Virus record (IMG/VR): IMGVR_UViG_3300042516_001356
Source: an uncultured virus (IMG/VR IMGVR_UViG_3300042516_001356)
Lineage: Duplodnaviria; Heunggongvirae; Uroviricota; Caudoviricetes
DNA: 64,000 nucleotides
Reading direction: 5' to 3' (one strand)
Shown here: positions 9,519 to 19,924 of the stretch, piece after piece
Layout of the letters: every line of letters starts with the position of its first letter
How positions within the stretch are numbered: the first letter of the stretch is position 1
Notes under the pieces: model-generated
The model's database searches: none
The model's input: the letters and a program-made list of their open reading frames with translations, nothing else
What the model was told of the DNA's origin: nothing
Translations under genes and position numbers: made by a program

Positions 9519-9834
9519 TGACTATGGTGTATTTTTACGTGCTATGAGCGTTGCTCTTTCCGATATGGGAAAAGAAGACAAAGAGTTTGTTGTTTATTCT
9601 GCTGGTCCATTAAAAATTAATAATTTTGTTTCAGAGTTTTGCAATTTATCAGAGCGTGGGATGAAAGCAAGAGGCAAAAAAGTTAAATTCTATAACGTTG
9701 CTCCAGCATGGTTAAGTGAAAACATAGATAAAATTAACTACTTTGTTTTTTTAAGTCTTCCAAAAGAACCAAAATCAAAATTGGTTTTAACTGCAGAAGC
9801 AAATAATATTAATGTTGGTCTTTTTAGATATTAG
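9484..9834 (+). CDS. Hypothetical protein, SLOG/DUF2493-like N-terminus
   Basis: MIVAVQGTKEFNDY resembles the SLOG I-x-G-S-R-x-F-x-D-Y motif. Confidence 0.5.
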   Translation: MIVAVQGTKEFNDYGVFLRAMSVALSDMGKEDKEFVVYSAGPLKINNFVSEFCNLSERGMKARGKKVKFYNVAPAWLSENIDKINYFVFLSLPKEPKSKLVLTAEANNINVGLFRY

Positions 9835-9841
9835 GAGAAAA

Positions 9842-10051
9842 ATGATAATTAAAAGTTTAAACACAATGGAAAAAATTGTAAACAAAAATAAAAATTTAAT
9901 TTGGCATGGCTGGGACATTGTTGATTTAAAAGAATCAGAAGTAGCAAAAACTTCCCCAATGGGTATTAGAATAAAAGATAAATGGTATTTACATAGAATT
10001 TATAAGCCTACTCGCATTGGCTGGGACATACCAAATAAGTACAAGGATTAA
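9842..10051 (+). CDS. Hypothetical protein
   Basis: RBS AGGAG; ORF in operon. Confidence 0.65.
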   Translation: MIIKSLNTMEKIVNKNKNLIWHGWDIVDLKESEVAKTSPMGIRIKDKWYLHRIYKPTRIGWDIPNKYKD

Positions 10052-10053
10052 TT

Positions 10054-10335
10054 TTGAAACAGCATTTATGGAAAGATCAAGCCTTATGCTTGGGAATGGA
10101 CAACAATGCATTCTTTGATAAATACGAAGATTATGAAGAATCTAGAAAAGATATTGATGCACTTTGCAAACAATGCCCAGTAAAAAAAATATGTTTTGCC
10201 AACGGGGTCTCTGGAAAAGAATGGGGAGTCTGGGGTGGTGTTTATTTAGAGGGTGGAGAAGTTTCAAGAGAATTTAATAAGCATAAAACTAAAAAAGACT
10301 GGTATGAAACTTGGCAGTCTTTAACTATGGAATAA
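10054..10335 (+). CDS. whiB: WhiB-family Fe-S transcription factor
   Basis: W-x3-ALC...FF...C-x2-CPV-x3-C...GVWGG. Confidence 0.92.
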   Translation: MKQHLWKDQALCLGMDNNAFFDKYEDYEESRKDIDALCKQCPVKKICFANGVSGKEWGVWGGVYLEGGEVSREFNKHKTKKDWYETWQSLTME

Positions 10336-10336
10336 A

Positions 10337-10567
10337 ATGTATACAGACTCTATGCGTAAGGCTGTACATTCAATTATTCCTCCAAAAGGATTTGGGGTAG
10401 AAATTATTGACAATGATCACTTTCTTACTGTAAAATTAGATGAAAAAAAGTTTTTACGTATGGCACATGATGATAAAATATCGGCACTTCAATATGTTGT
10501 AAAACTTAAAAAAGCATTAGAGCATTGTGGAGCAATTGTTTTAATAACCAGGGAGGCACTTAAATAA
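10337..10567 (+). CDS. Hypothetical protein
   Basis: ORF immediately after whiB. Confidence 0.65.
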   Translation: MYTDSMRKAVHSIIPPKGFGVEIIDNDHFLTVKLDEKKFLRMAHDDKISALQYVVKLKKALEHCGAIVLITREALK

Positions 10568-10816
10568 TTAAAGAATTGTTTAAAATTATTTTTTGTAAAA
10601 TTAAAGGTCATATCCTAGTTACTGCTGGAGCATGTCCATTTACTGGAAAAAATTATAACGCCTGTACAAGATGTGGAGCAATGATAGCAATATGAAAAAA
10701 AAGACAAAAATATTAATACTGATAACATTATCTTTCTTGACTGCCGTAACACTTTGGGCAGCATCTAATTTAAAAAAAATATCTGAATTAGATATTTTTG
10801 ATGTAGAAAAAGACTA

Positions 10817-11305
10817 ATGCAAACCTTTCTACCTTACAAAGATTATAATCAGTGTGCGGAAATACTAGACAATAAACGATTAAATAAACAGATACTTGAA
10901 ACCTATCAGATACTCAAGGTTTTATCTGGCAGATCTACTTCAGGGGCATGGCGAAATCACCCAGCAGTCTTGATGTGGAAAGGTGCTGAGCACTCACTAA
11001 GAGCATACGTAAAGGCCATGATTACAGAGGCTACCTTGAGGGGTATTAAGACAGACAAGAACCAGGCCAATATAGAGGCTCTAGAAGCCCTTTCTGGCCC
11101 TATCTGGGGTACTGCTAAGCCTCTATGGAATAGTGCATCTCACGTAAATCGTGTTAATATCACTCATAGGACTAATCTATATCGTAAAGATCCTACATAC
11201 TATGCTGAGTTTTATATTGATACAAAAAGTGAATATAACAAGCCTTGTTGTGATAAGTGTTTATATTATTGGGTAACTCATGCCATTAGGGATAGAGTAC
11301 AATAG
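10817..11305 (+). CDS. Pyrimidine-dimer DNA glycosylase-like (MSMEG_6728 family)
   Basis: MQTFLPY...LDNKRLNKQILE..Q, WRNHPAVLMWKG, HRTNLYRKDP. Confidence 0.85.
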   Translation: MQTFLPYKDYNQCAEILDNKRLNKQILETYQILKVLSGRSTSGAWRNHPAVLMWKGAEHSLRAYVKAMITEATLRGIKTDKNQANIEALEALSGPIWGTAKPLWNSASHVNRVNITHRTNLYRKDPTYYAEFYIDTKSEYNKPCCDKCLYYWVTHAIRDRVQ

Positions 11306-11310
11306 TTATT

Positions 11311-11673
11311 ATGGAAATGATGTTTGTTATATTTTTTGCCACCCTGTCTTTTTCCTTTGGCATAGCCTATTGGTCTACTTTTGATAAACTAAAAAAATCT
11401 AATCTTTTAATGGCTGAACTTTTTATAAAAAACAAAGCGCTTGAAGAATTAGCCTTCCAGGTAAAAAGCGGTATAGGTACATCCGATGATCTAATTCATA
11501 AAGAAAACTTTATTAAATTCCTTTCTGATTCTAGGGATTGGGCTTTTGAGTATATTGAGCAGTCACAAAAAACAATTAAAGAGGTTTCAGAAGAACTTAA
11601 AAATAAAGGTTTGGACAACTATTCTGAAAAACTTTTAGAACTTTTACCAAAAATGGGTCAAGAAAAAGAATAA
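11311..11673 (+). CDS. Membrane-anchored hypothetical protein
   Basis: N-terminal TM segment then coiled coil. Confidence 0.65.
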   Translation: MEMMFVIFFATLSFSFGIAYWSTFDKLKKSNLLMAELFIKNKALEELAFQVKSGIGTSDDLIHKENFIKFLSDSRDWAFEYIEQSQKTIKEVSEELKNKGLDNYSEKLLELLPKMGQEKE

Positions 11674-11674
11674 C

Positions 11675-11833
11675 ATGAGAGATATTTTGCTATCAGTCAT
11701 TACAGGTTTTGGATGCGGTGTCGTGTTCGCAGCATTCAAATTGCCAGTACCAGCACCACCAGTTTTTGCGGGAGTCGCAGGAATTATTGGTTTGTGGATT
11801 GGCTATAAAACACTAACACAAATTATATCCTAG
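11675..11833 (+). CDS. XapX/DUF1427 small membrane protein (not in ORF track)
   Basis: MRDILLSVITGFGCGVVFAAFKLPVPAPPVFAGVAGIIGLWIG with the PxPAPP motif. Confidence 0.8.
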   Translation: MRDILLSVITGFGCGVVFAAFKLPVPAPPVFAGVAGIIGLWIGYKTLTQIIS

Positions 11834-11841
11834 GAGGAATA

Positions 11842-12123
11842 ATGAATAACTTACTAAACGATAATACAAAGGCAATGCTTGCATCATACGGACGATCTGT
11901 TCTTGGTGCTGTAATTGCACTTTACATGGCTGGCGTAACAGATCCAAAAGATCTATGGGCTGCATTAATTGCTGCTTTAGCGCCCGTTGCATTGAGAGCG
12001 TTGAATCCAAATGACAAGGCGTTTGGCATACTGCCAGATACTGGTGCTATTTCGGATGCACTTAGCAAGATCGCACCTGCTAAGAAGGCTCCAGCAAAAA
12101 AGAAGGCTGCTAAGAAAAAGTAG
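11842..12123 (+). CDS. Holin-like membrane protein with Lys/Ala-rich tail
   Basis: Two TM segments, LNPNDKAFG, PAKKAPAKKKAAKKK; RBS AGGAGG. Confidence 0.6.
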   Translation: MNNLLNDNTKAMLASYGRSVLGAVIALYMAGVTDPKDLWAALIAALAPVALRALNPNDKAFGILPDTGAISDALSKIAPAKKAPAKKKAAKKK

Positions 12124-12132
12124 TTTGTTTCT

Positions 12133-12176
12133 AATAAAGGGGGCAAACTTAAAACCTTGCCCTCTTTATTTTTTTA
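12133..12176 (+). terminator. Intrinsic terminator
   Basis: AATAAAGGGGGCAA...TTGCCCTCTTTATT followed by a T tract. Confidence 0.75.
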
Positions 12177-12189
12177 TATCAGGAGAATT

Positions 12190-12882
12190 ATGGACTTTGT
12201 GTATATATGTAAAGAAGGCATTAACGAAGAGTTAAAATATTCTATTAGATCTGTTGTTGAAAGTTTTCCAGACTCAAACATATGGGTAGTTGGTGGTAAG
12301 CCTGATTGGTATGTGGGTAATTACATAAAAGTAGAACAAAAAGAATCAAAATATAAAAATGCTGTAGAAAACTTAAAAATAATTTCTACCTCAGATCAGA
12401 TATCAAAATCATTTGTTTTAATGAATGATGACTTTTATATTATTAAAAAAATAGACAAAATAGAAAATTTTCATGGGGGTTATTTATTAAATAAAATAAA
12501 TTTATATCAAAAATTAAATGGCAACTCTCAATACACCAGAAAACTTTCAGGCACATATAAAAAACTTAAAGCCTTGGGATTTGAAAACCCTTTAGACTAT
12601 GAACTTCACGTTCCCATGATTATGGAAAAAGAAAAACTAAAGTTAGTATTAGAACTTTTAGATCAATTTTTATGGAGATCTATTTACGGAAATAAGTTTG
12701 ATGTCGGTGGCACACAAATGGAGGACGTCAAGGTTTACAACTCTGGACCATTAGTTCTTAAGTCTTATAATTTAAATATAGATGATCATACTTATTTATC
12801 TAGTGCAGATAGTTCATTTAATAATATATTTAATAAAATACTTAAAGATAAATTTGACAAAAAAACTAAATTTGAGAAATGA
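12190..12882 (+). CDS. Stealth/GT-A-like sugar(-phosphate) transferase
   Basis: MDFVY...EELKYSIRS, GGKPDW, FVLMNDDF, YELHVPM. Confidence 0.65.
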   Translation: MDFVYICKEGINEELKYSIRSVVESFPDSNIWVVGGKPDWYVGNYIKVEQKESKYKNAVENLKIISTSDQISKSFVLMNDDFYIIKKIDKIENFHGGYLLNKINLYQKLNGNSQYTRKLSGTYKKLKALGFENPLDYELHVPMIMEKEKLKLVLELLDQFLWRSIYGNKFDVGGTQMEDVKVYNSGPLVLKSYNLNIDDHTYLSSADSSFNNIFNKILKDKFDKKTKFEK

Positions 12883-13903
12883 GTTCTAAGTATTTATTTT
12901 TTAATATTGCTGGCGTAAAATGGTTAAATCCTAAATCATAGGCTTGTTGTTTATAACTAGTTTTATCAATAATAGACATATACTTATCAATTGTTTGTGC
13001 TAACAAAACATTATTTGCTTCAAACAAATTGATTCTAACTTTTGTTCTAATTGTTCCTATAGAATCTGATTCAACTAACCAATCTTGTGGCAAGATCTGA
13101 TTATTGGGTGAAACATTTGTCATAAAAACGGGGAGACCAGAAAGCAAAGCCTCATTCATTGGCAAACATAGTCCTGCATATCTTCTTGGTAATACCATAG
13201 CGTCAAAGCCATTATACAGATCTTCCCTGTTTTCTGGATTGCCAATCTCAATCTTTAGTCTTGAGTCTGTTACATTAGTTACTATTTCACTTTGACTTCT
13301 AATAACTAATTCATAATCAGACTTAGAGTGTTTTAACATATTTATTACAGTCTCAGTACCATTTCTATCTTTGGCTGCTTTTTTACCAGCAATGTGTAAT
13401 AGCCTGTTGTGTGATTTAGAAATGTTATTATTTTTTACAGTTGTAAATAACTCAGGAGTAGTGGGTGGCGGAAGATGAACTACCTTTGTTCTATCTCCAA
13501 ACATACTTTGAATTGTTTCAATTTGCCATAAACTGGGAGATAGCAAAACAGTCGGTAGTGGAAGTTCTGGGTTTGATAAGTGACCAAACAATTCATAGTT
13601 ATATTGAAGAATGGTTTTTACACCACGTTTATTTGCAAACCTTACAAAATTTTGATCATAAAAAGTTTCACAACTTAATACAACATCCACATCTCCTAAA
13701 AACATTTTTATCTGTTGAACAGATGGAAAACCTTGTGTTTTAATACAACTGTATTGGTCATACCAGTGTGGATGTTGCTTGTTATTATTAAACGGGGTAG
13801 AGTCAATTAAAAGAATCTTATCAGGGTTGAGCATATTAACTAACTCTTTAGTCTGATTACCAAGACCAGTATTGTCTGATCTTGCTATGATGCCTAGTCT
13901 CAT
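12866..13903 (-). CDS. GT4-type (GT-B) glycosyltransferase
   Basis: DAMVLPRRYAGLCLPMNEALLSGLPV. Confidence 0.85.
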   Translation of the reverse strand: MRLGIIARSDNTGLGNQTKELVNMLNPDKILLIDSTPFNNNKQHPHWYDQYSCIKTQGFPSVQQIKMFLGDVDVVLSCETFYDQNFVRFANKRGVKTILQYNYELFGHLSNPELPLPTVLLSPSLWQIETIQSMFGDRTKVVHLPPPTTPELFTTVKNNNISKSHNRLLHIAGKKAAKDRNGTETVINMLKHSKSDYELVIRSQSEIVTNVTDSRLKIEIGNPENREDLYNGFDAMVLPRRYAGLCLPMNEALLSGLPVFMTNVSPNNQILPQDWLVESDSIGTIRTKVRINLFEANNVLLAQTIDKYMSIIDKTSYKQQAYDLGFNHFTPAILKNKYLELISQI

Positions 13904-14661
13904 TCTTTATACCCCCAAGTTTCATCGTCTACCGTAAATTTTCGGGTACCTTGACGACCATCTAAGTGATAAGAACGTTTAATACTACCTTCAGGGTGAT
14001 ATATCCAAAGTTTATGCATCTCCCAACCTTCTTGATTAAACACTTCATACGGAGATATATCGTCTTGAATTGCTCCATGAAATGTATCTTCTATAAAAAA
14101 TTTATCTTTACATCTTGGAAGCACTATATCTTTATAATATTTTTTTCTACTTAGATGTGGTCGTTGACTCCACTGTATTGTTTTCATAAACCCATCTTCT
14201 AAACCAAACATTAGGTGTTCGTGATCTTTCGGTATGGATGATTCAAAATGAAAACGAATGGTGTTTGCTTTATTATACTCAAACATGTCTAAGCATTTAT
14301 CCCAGTCTATTGCTACATCTGGAGTTAATGGGGCATCTCCTTCAATGTAAAGCAATAGCGGTGTTTTAATTTCATTGATTGTTTGACGCATCATGTTAGT
14401 TTGATGGCTATGCTCTTTAAATACAAAAGGCAATATGTTTTTATCCTCATGCAAGCATTTCCATAAAATACGATTTTTATATTCATCGTAATCTTTTTTA
14501 CGGTTTTGTTGTTCTTCTCTAAGACCATCTATTTGCATAATAATTTCGTTGTCTGGAAAGTGAACACGAATATCACTAATTGTTTGCTCTATCATATTTG
14601 TACTTGGGTGATCTGGAATTACAGAGGTAGCCATGACAATTGTTATATCTCTTTTATGCAT
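13900..14661 (-). CDS. GT-A-like glycosyltransferase
   Basis: HPSTNMIEQTI, IMQIDG, LLYIEGD, HLDGR; operon context. Confidence 0.6.
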   Translation of the reverse strand: MHKRDITIVMATSVIPDHPSTNMIEQTISDIRVHFPDNEIIMQIDGLREEQQNRKKDYDEYKNRILWKCLHEDKNILPFVFKEHSHQTNMMRQTINEIKTPLLLYIEGDAPLTPDVAIDWDKCLDMFEYNKANTIRFHFESSIPKDHEHLMFGLEDGFMKTIQWSQRPHLSRKKYYKDIVLPRCKDKFFIEDTFHGAIQDDISPYEVFNQEGWEMHKLWIYHPEGSIKRSYHLDGRQGTRKFTVDDETWGYKE

Positions 14662-15508
14662 TTACTTGCCTCATTAACTCAATAAAAAGATCCCTTTTAT
14701 ATTTAATCCACCAACAAACAACTTGATGCATATCCGATGTGTAATTGTTTAATAATTCAGGTAGCAATTCAGGAAAGAGTTGCCAATTTTCAAAAGTTTT
14801 TATTTTGTGATTACCCTCAAATAAAAAATTAAAAAAGTCTGTGTTTCGCATTCTTGGGTCTAACCTATCCCCTATGGGTAAGCAAAGCATTTCAATTGCT
14901 TCATAGAATCTAAATGAATCAACAACCATTGCTCCGCTAGGGCAAGGAACAATCTTTGATAAAAACATTTTATCGTAATATGATTTCGGACTTAAGCCTT
15001 CTGCAAAACCAGTAGTTGGATTATAAAAAGAGTTTGGTATCTCAGGCATAACGGTTGCAAGTTCTTGCCTTCTTTGATGAGTTATCTGTCCTGAAAAAAA
15101 TACATCATACGATTTATCTTGATACTCTGGTAAATTATTTGATAAATGTTGAGGAACACCTAACGCTAATTTATTATATTGTGAATGTTTTCTGTGCGGG
15201 TATTGAATCCAAATCTCAATATTATTATGCTCTATCTTATCAACCTTAAAAGTGGCGCTTTCATCTCCAGTAATAAGTAAGACCACCCTATCTATTTTAT
15301 TTAACTCTTCAGATATTTGATTTTCATAGTCTACATTTTGAGGTCCAGGAATTACAACAAAGGCTCTGTCTGCTTTAGTCAAAGTTGTTACCCTGTCTGG
15401 TTTGATATTATTTTTATTAAAAAATTGTTTTAATAGACCGTAATCCCATTTATCAGCAGCACAATCTTCTTGTTTAACTGAATAAAGATATGCTTTAAGA
15501 TCGTTCAT
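14654..15508 (-). CDS. Exostosin/GT47-like glycosyltransferase
   Basis: FFSGQ, SKIVPCPSG...DSFRFYEAIEMLCLPI. Confidence 0.7.
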   Translation of the reverse strand: MNDLKAYLYSVKQEDCAADKWDYGLLKQFFNKNNIKPDRVTTLTKADRAFVVIPGPQNVDYENQISEELNKIDRVVLLITGDESATFKVDKIEHNNIEIWIQYPHRKHSQYNKLALGVPQHLSNNLPEYQDKSYDVFFSGQITHQRRQELATVMPEIPNSFYNPTTGFAEGLSPKSYYDKMFLSKIVPCPSGAMVVDSFRFYEAIEMLCLPIGDRLDPRMRNTDFFNFLFEGNHKIKTFENWQLFPELLPELLNNYTSDMHQVVCWWIKYKRDLFIELMRQVNA

Positions 15509-16208
15509 AAAATAAGTGTACCTCATGCTGATAGTCAAGCAAGGTTTCTTTGTAGCCAATACCCTTAATAAATTGTCTTAAATCATACAGATATTCTTTC
15601 CAATACATCATCATAAATTCTGGGTGTCCAGATAGCCAAATCTTGGGTCTATGCTCTTTAAGGACCCTCTCAGCCCCTCCTAGGACCCTCCATTCACTAC
15701 CCTCAACATCAAGGGATATTGCTGTTGGTGGCTTCATTCCTTTTTCATAAACAAGAGTATCAATCTTTGTTTGACCATATTTATCTGCTTCATATTGTAG
15801 TTCTTTAAATCCATGTGAAGCCTCAATAGGAGCATCAGCCTCTGGAGGCCATGCATCATAATATATACGTGCAAGTTTATTATCTACATCAGATGCAAAA
15901 CCAGGAATAGAAGCCAGTGGCATCTCTAAGTTATTTGCACTCCAAAGCAATGGAAAGTGTGACCAAACCTTTGGATTAGGTTCAAATAAAACAACTTCTG
16001 ATCCCCACATTTGACACAAAGCAGGCATCTCTCCTTCTTCTGCACCAACATAATACATAACATCTCCAGATGAAATGTTTTCTGACATATGTTTTAGCCT
16101 TGGCTTTTCCCAACCATGGGGTTGATACCAATCAGGACGTGCTGCACGATGTTCTGGCAATGTAATTTCAAAGTCACCATTTATCGTTACTTTTTTCATT
16201 TCGGTCAT
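15495..16208 (-). CDS. FkbM-family SAM methyltransferase
   Basis: YVGAEEG, FEPNP, ISLDVEGSEWRVLGGA...L..HRP. Confidence 0.85.
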   Translation of the reverse strand: MTEMKKVTINGDFEITLPEHRAARPDWYQPHGWEKPRLKHMSENISSGDVMYYVGAEEGEMPALCQMWGSEVVLFEPNPKVWSHFPLLWSANNLEMPLASIPGFASDVDNKLARIYYDAWPPEADAPIEASHGFKELQYEADKYGQTKIDTLVYEKGMKPPTAISLDVEGSEWRVLGGAERVLKEHRPKIWLSGHPEFMMMYWKEYLYDLRQFIKGIGYKETLLDYQHEVHLFYERS

Positions 16209-17089
16209 TTCTGTAACCATTCTATTAGTGATACCTTTGGCATCCATCCAGTTAAATCTTTAAACTTTGCGTTAGACGCAAGGGTTTCTTGCACTTCACC
16301 AATTCTTGGCGGGATAAATTTAATATCATTTGAAATCATATTAGCAATATCAAGTATAGAGTAGTTACTTCCATACCCAATGTTATATACTTCCCCAAAT
16401 CCATTTTCAACTTCAGATGCAAGAATGTTTGCCTGTATTACGTCTGATATGTGAGTAAAATCTCTACGCTGAGATCCATCTCCAACTACTGTCAATGGTT
16501 TTGACTCATGATATTGTTTTAAGAATAGTCCTATTACTGGTGCGTACTGACCTTTTAATGGCTGTCTATCTCCATAAACATTAAAGTATCTAAGTGATAT
16601 TGTTTTTAGTCCATAAAGATTATAGTAAACTCTTGCAAGGTTTTCACCAAAAACTTTAGCAGCAGAGTATGGCGTTAATGGATCAGGTGACTGTGTTTCT
16701 TGGTTTGGAAGCAAGGCTTTTTTGCCATAAGAAGATGATGTGCTTGAATAAATTAATCTATCTACATTATTAACCCTACAAAGTTCAAGAACATTGGCTG
16801 TTCCTACTGCGTTTGACTGAATAGATTTTTTAGGGTTTAGTATTGCTGGCTGTATTCTTGCATCAGATGCAACGTGAAACACGCAGTCAATATCTTTAAA
16901 TAATGGTGCAACCAGATCATAATCGCAGATATCATACTTATAGTTTTGTGCTTTATCATTCCAATAGAATTGTTCATGGCACTCTGCAGACTCATTATCA
17001 ATACAAATAACATCGTGACCAAGACTAATTAACTTATCAACAAGGTTTGACCCAATAAAACCAGCACCACCAGTAACTAAATATTTCAT
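16205..17089 (-). CDS. NAD-dependent nucleotide-sugar epimerase/dehydratase (extended SDR)
   Basis: LVTGGAGFIGS, YSAAK, LRYFNVYG, GDGSQRRDF. Confidence 0.93.
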   Translation of the reverse strand: MKYLVTGGAGFIGSNLVDKLISLGHDVICIDNESAECHEQFYWNDKAQNYKYDICDYDLVAPLFKDIDCVFHVASDARIQPAILNPKKSIQSNAVGTANVLELCRVNNVDRLIYSSTSSSYGKKALLPNQETQSPDPLTPYSAAKVFGENLARVYYNLYGLKTISLRYFNVYGDRQPLKGQYAPVIGLFLKQYHESKPLTVVGDGSQRRDFTHISDVIQANILASEVENGFGEVYNIGYGSNYSILDIANMISNDIKFIPPRIGEVQETLASNAKFKDLTGWMPKVSLIEWLQK

Positions 17090-18045
17090 TTTATGTTTAG
17101 AGTTTCTAGTATTACAGACCATCTATGAACGTAAGTATGTTCTTTTTTTGTTCTTTCATGCCCATTAAGTCTGATTGCTTCTCTTGATATACCGTCTAAT
17201 AAATACTTATCTATCTTATTTTTTAGATCTTCAAGGTTGCCGTGTTCATAAAATACAATCTCATTTTCATCCTTGAAGTATTCCTCAAGACCTTTAATGC
17301 GAGGGTAGATAGTAAAACCACCACGACCAGTACTCTCAAACAATCTATCACTAGTGTAGTAAGGATAATTAAAATTAATATTTAAACTATCACCTATTGC
17401 TATTTTGCTTTTTGCGTAGATACGGTTTAATGCATCTCCACGAACAGTTCCAGTGTCACCATCTCCACCAACATGTAAAAATCTTTTACCATATGTGTTT
17501 CTCAAAAAATCTATTAATTCTGGTCGGTATTTATGTTCATGATGATAACCCTTACTACCAACAAATATAATATCATTTTCAAAGTTATGTGGATCATAAT
17601 CTTCATGGATATAACATTCTTTATCATACACACCAGCAGGTAAAAAGTGTCCTTCTACCTGTGTGTTTTCATTAAACCAATCACACATTAACTTATCTGT
17701 AGCAAAAAAGTGACCTATGTTTGTATAGAAATCATCATTTTTTAAATCTTTTTCACGCTCAATACCAAACCACAAATCTAAATGATAGGTCATGGTTGGT
17801 ATGCCAGCAGCCTTTAATTGTTTTAATACATCTGTCATAGATCTAGATCCTGGAGTTTGCCATCTATGTGTATGCACCCAGATGAATAAATTAGACTTTA
17901 GTGCTGCATTTAATATTTCAGCACTACCCGCTTTCTTCTCTTGCAATTTTTGCACCGTATGCCCAAGAGATTCCAAAGATTTAGCATGATGATTCTCACT
18001 ACTATAAGGCACTTCAAAGTTACCAAGAAATACTATATTAGCCAT
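17086..18045 (-). CDS. CgeB-like glycosyltransferase (Glyco_trans_1_2)
   Basis: DIIFVGS, YAKSKIAI, SDRLFESTGRGGF, HTYVHR. Confidence 0.85.
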   Translation of the reverse strand: MANIVFLGNFEVPYSSENHHAKSLESLGHTVQKLQEKKAGSAEILNAALKSNLFIWVHTHRWQTPGSRSMTDVLKQLKAAGIPTMTYHLDLWFGIEREKDLKNDDFYTNIGHFFATDKLMCDWFNENTQVEGHFLPAGVYDKECYIHEDYDPHNFENDIIFVGSKGYHHEHKYRPELIDFLRNTYGKRFLHVGGDGDTGTVRGDALNRIYAKSKIAIGDSLNINFNYPYYTSDRLFESTGRGGFTIYPRIKGLEEYFKDENEIVFYEHGNLEDLKNKIDKYLLDGISREAIRLNGHERTKKEHTYVHRWSVILETLNIK

Positions 18046-18047
18046 AT

Positions 18048-18749
18048 TTATCCTTTTATTAAGTTATTTTTAATTTCTTTTATTATATTTTTTTTATGCT
18101 TAAGCATTGAATAATAACTTTGCAATTGTCTAGTTTTATTTACTCTATAATCTTTTGCTTTTGTAACGTCTCCTGCATATTTCATAATTTTTTCGCTAGC
18201 ATAAAATTGTTTAAAAATAATTTTTTCTTCCGTATAGAATTTAATATACTGAAAAATATCTTCTTCTTTAATTTCAAATCTATTGTAATTATTTTTTAAA
18301 TAAAAAGCAAACTCAGTTGGACGAAACCACTTTCCAATATCAAAAATTCCAGGAATTGGTATGCATCTTTTAGTTATTTCATTATCTTCTAAAAATGGCA
18401 GCATCCCTGCAGACATTTTTAAAGAATTTTTCTCAGTAAAAAAAATAAACTGTTGAAAAAATGAAAAAAGTTTTTCTTTTTCTGAACGAACCATTACATG
18501 TTTATTGAAAAAGTCTTGATCGTATAAATTAGTAAATGTACCTGTTTGATTATCTTTTATTTCAAAATTATAATCATATATGGATTCTATTGAAAAAACA
18601 TTTTTCATGTATTCTTTTACTGATGGGCAAAAATTTACTACTGTATTTTTATCTTTTATATTTTTTAAAAATTGTTTATATATTGGCTCAGGCTCTTTAG
18701 CCCTTAGCCATTCTTCTTCAATACAGGCCCAATAAACAGTAATTGACAT
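18048..18749 (-). CDS. DUF6065-like / dUTPase-fold paralog 2 (divergent)
   Basis: EPEP, FCPSVKE, IPGIFDIGKWFRP, IKEEDIFQYIKF. Confidence 0.5.
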   Translation of the reverse strand: MSITVYWACIEEEWLRAKEPEPIYKQFLKNIKDKNTVVNFCPSVKEYMKNVFSIESIYDYNFEIKDNQTGTFTNLYDQDFFNKHVMVRSEKEKLFSFFQQFIFFTEKNSLKMSAGMLPFLEDNEITKRCIPIPGIFDIGKWFRPTEFAFYLKNNYNRFEIKEEDIFQYIKFYTEEKIIFKQFYASEKIMKYAGDVTKAKDYRVNKTRQLQSYYSMLKHKKNIIKEIKNNLIKG

Positions 18750-18976
18750 TATATTTTTTCGTTTTCTCCTCTAGCAATTGCAGCAGATGCTTCAAATGCT
18801 TTTTGTGTTCTACGGGATTTCAATAATCCTTTTTCTTTCCAAAGCGGAATAGTTGCTTCAATGTCTTTAGCAATTTGTTCTCTTATTTCTTTGACAGTAA
18901 AAACAATGAAATTCCACACATCCTGTTTTTGTTTATCTGTAAGTTCTTCGGTCCAGTTAGTCATCTTCTTCTTCAA
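18749..18976 (-). CDS. Hypothetical protein
   Basis: ORF with EIREQIAKDIEA; coupled to the downstream gene. Confidence 0.6.
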   Translation of the reverse strand: MKKKMTNWTEELTDKQKQDVWNFIVFTVKEIREQIAKDIEATIPLWKEKGLLKSRRTQKAFEASAAIARGENEKI

Positions 18977-19163
18977 ACCCCTTTAAAGCATTAGAATTTT
19001 TAAAACAATTATAACAATCTCCATTAACCAGTCTACCGCCACAGGATTCGCAATACATAATTCTATGATACCAGATCATAGACTGGGTAGGTATCAAACT
19101 TGTAATAACGGAATTATTAGTTTAAAACCTTAAAAAACTTGATTGCCAGTGTTTAACAAAATT

Positions 19164-19562
19164 TTAAGCCTTTATAGACCTACATAATTTGTCAAACTTT
19201 TCAACAGAGGAAATCTTTAACTCTACTGATTTTATAACTGCATCTAAATTTTTACTTTGTAATGCTATTTTAGTATTTTGTTCTGAAACAATCCAAGTTT
19301 TTACAACATTTTTAATTGCTCCACTTGTAAGTTTTTCTCTTTTAGATAGCATTGCTATGTTTTGAGTAGTTTCTTTTAGCATATCTTCGTCAGTTGCGAT
19401 GCCAGTAGCCCAATTAAGCATAACTTCAGATTGATATTTTGTTTTAATAAATTTACAAGAATTTTTATTATTCTTAGTATTTAAAGATTTTGTTGTAGCC
19501 TCCGCTGAAGATACAGGAATCAATAATGTTAAAAGTACTGCTACTATAGTTATTTTTTTCAT
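19164..19562 (-). CDS. Secreted hypothetical protein
   Basis: Signal peptide MKKITIVAV...AEA; TATACT 6 nt upstream. Confidence 0.65.
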   Translation of the reverse strand: MKKITIVAVLLTLLIPVSSAEATTKSLNTKNNKNSCKFIKTKYQSEVMLNWATGIATDEDMLKETTQNIAMLSKREKLTSGAIKNVVKTWIVSEQNTKIALQSKNLDAVIKSVELKISSVEKFDKLCRSIKA

Positions 19563-19924
19563 ATTACTAGTATACCCCACCTATCTTGTTTTGTAAAGTT
19601 TTTATTTATTTTTTAAAACTGGATCAAGCCTATCCCAATATCCACTATTATTACCTTGGTATATTTCTCCAGTTTCTTTATCTATAAGCATCCACTTTTC
19701 AGGACATCTTGTGTGAACTACTAAATCTATTGGCCTGGTAAGTTCCTTTATTTTTTTTTGTTTTCTCATTTATGTGTTTTCATATGATTATAAATAGTTT
19801 GATGTGCCATTGTTGACCTCACCTGTATTTCCTTACTACATGTTTCACAAATAACAAATTTATTGGCTGACATACAATTCAGTATATCAAATTTATAACG
19901 GTATGTCAATACGTAATATAAAAT

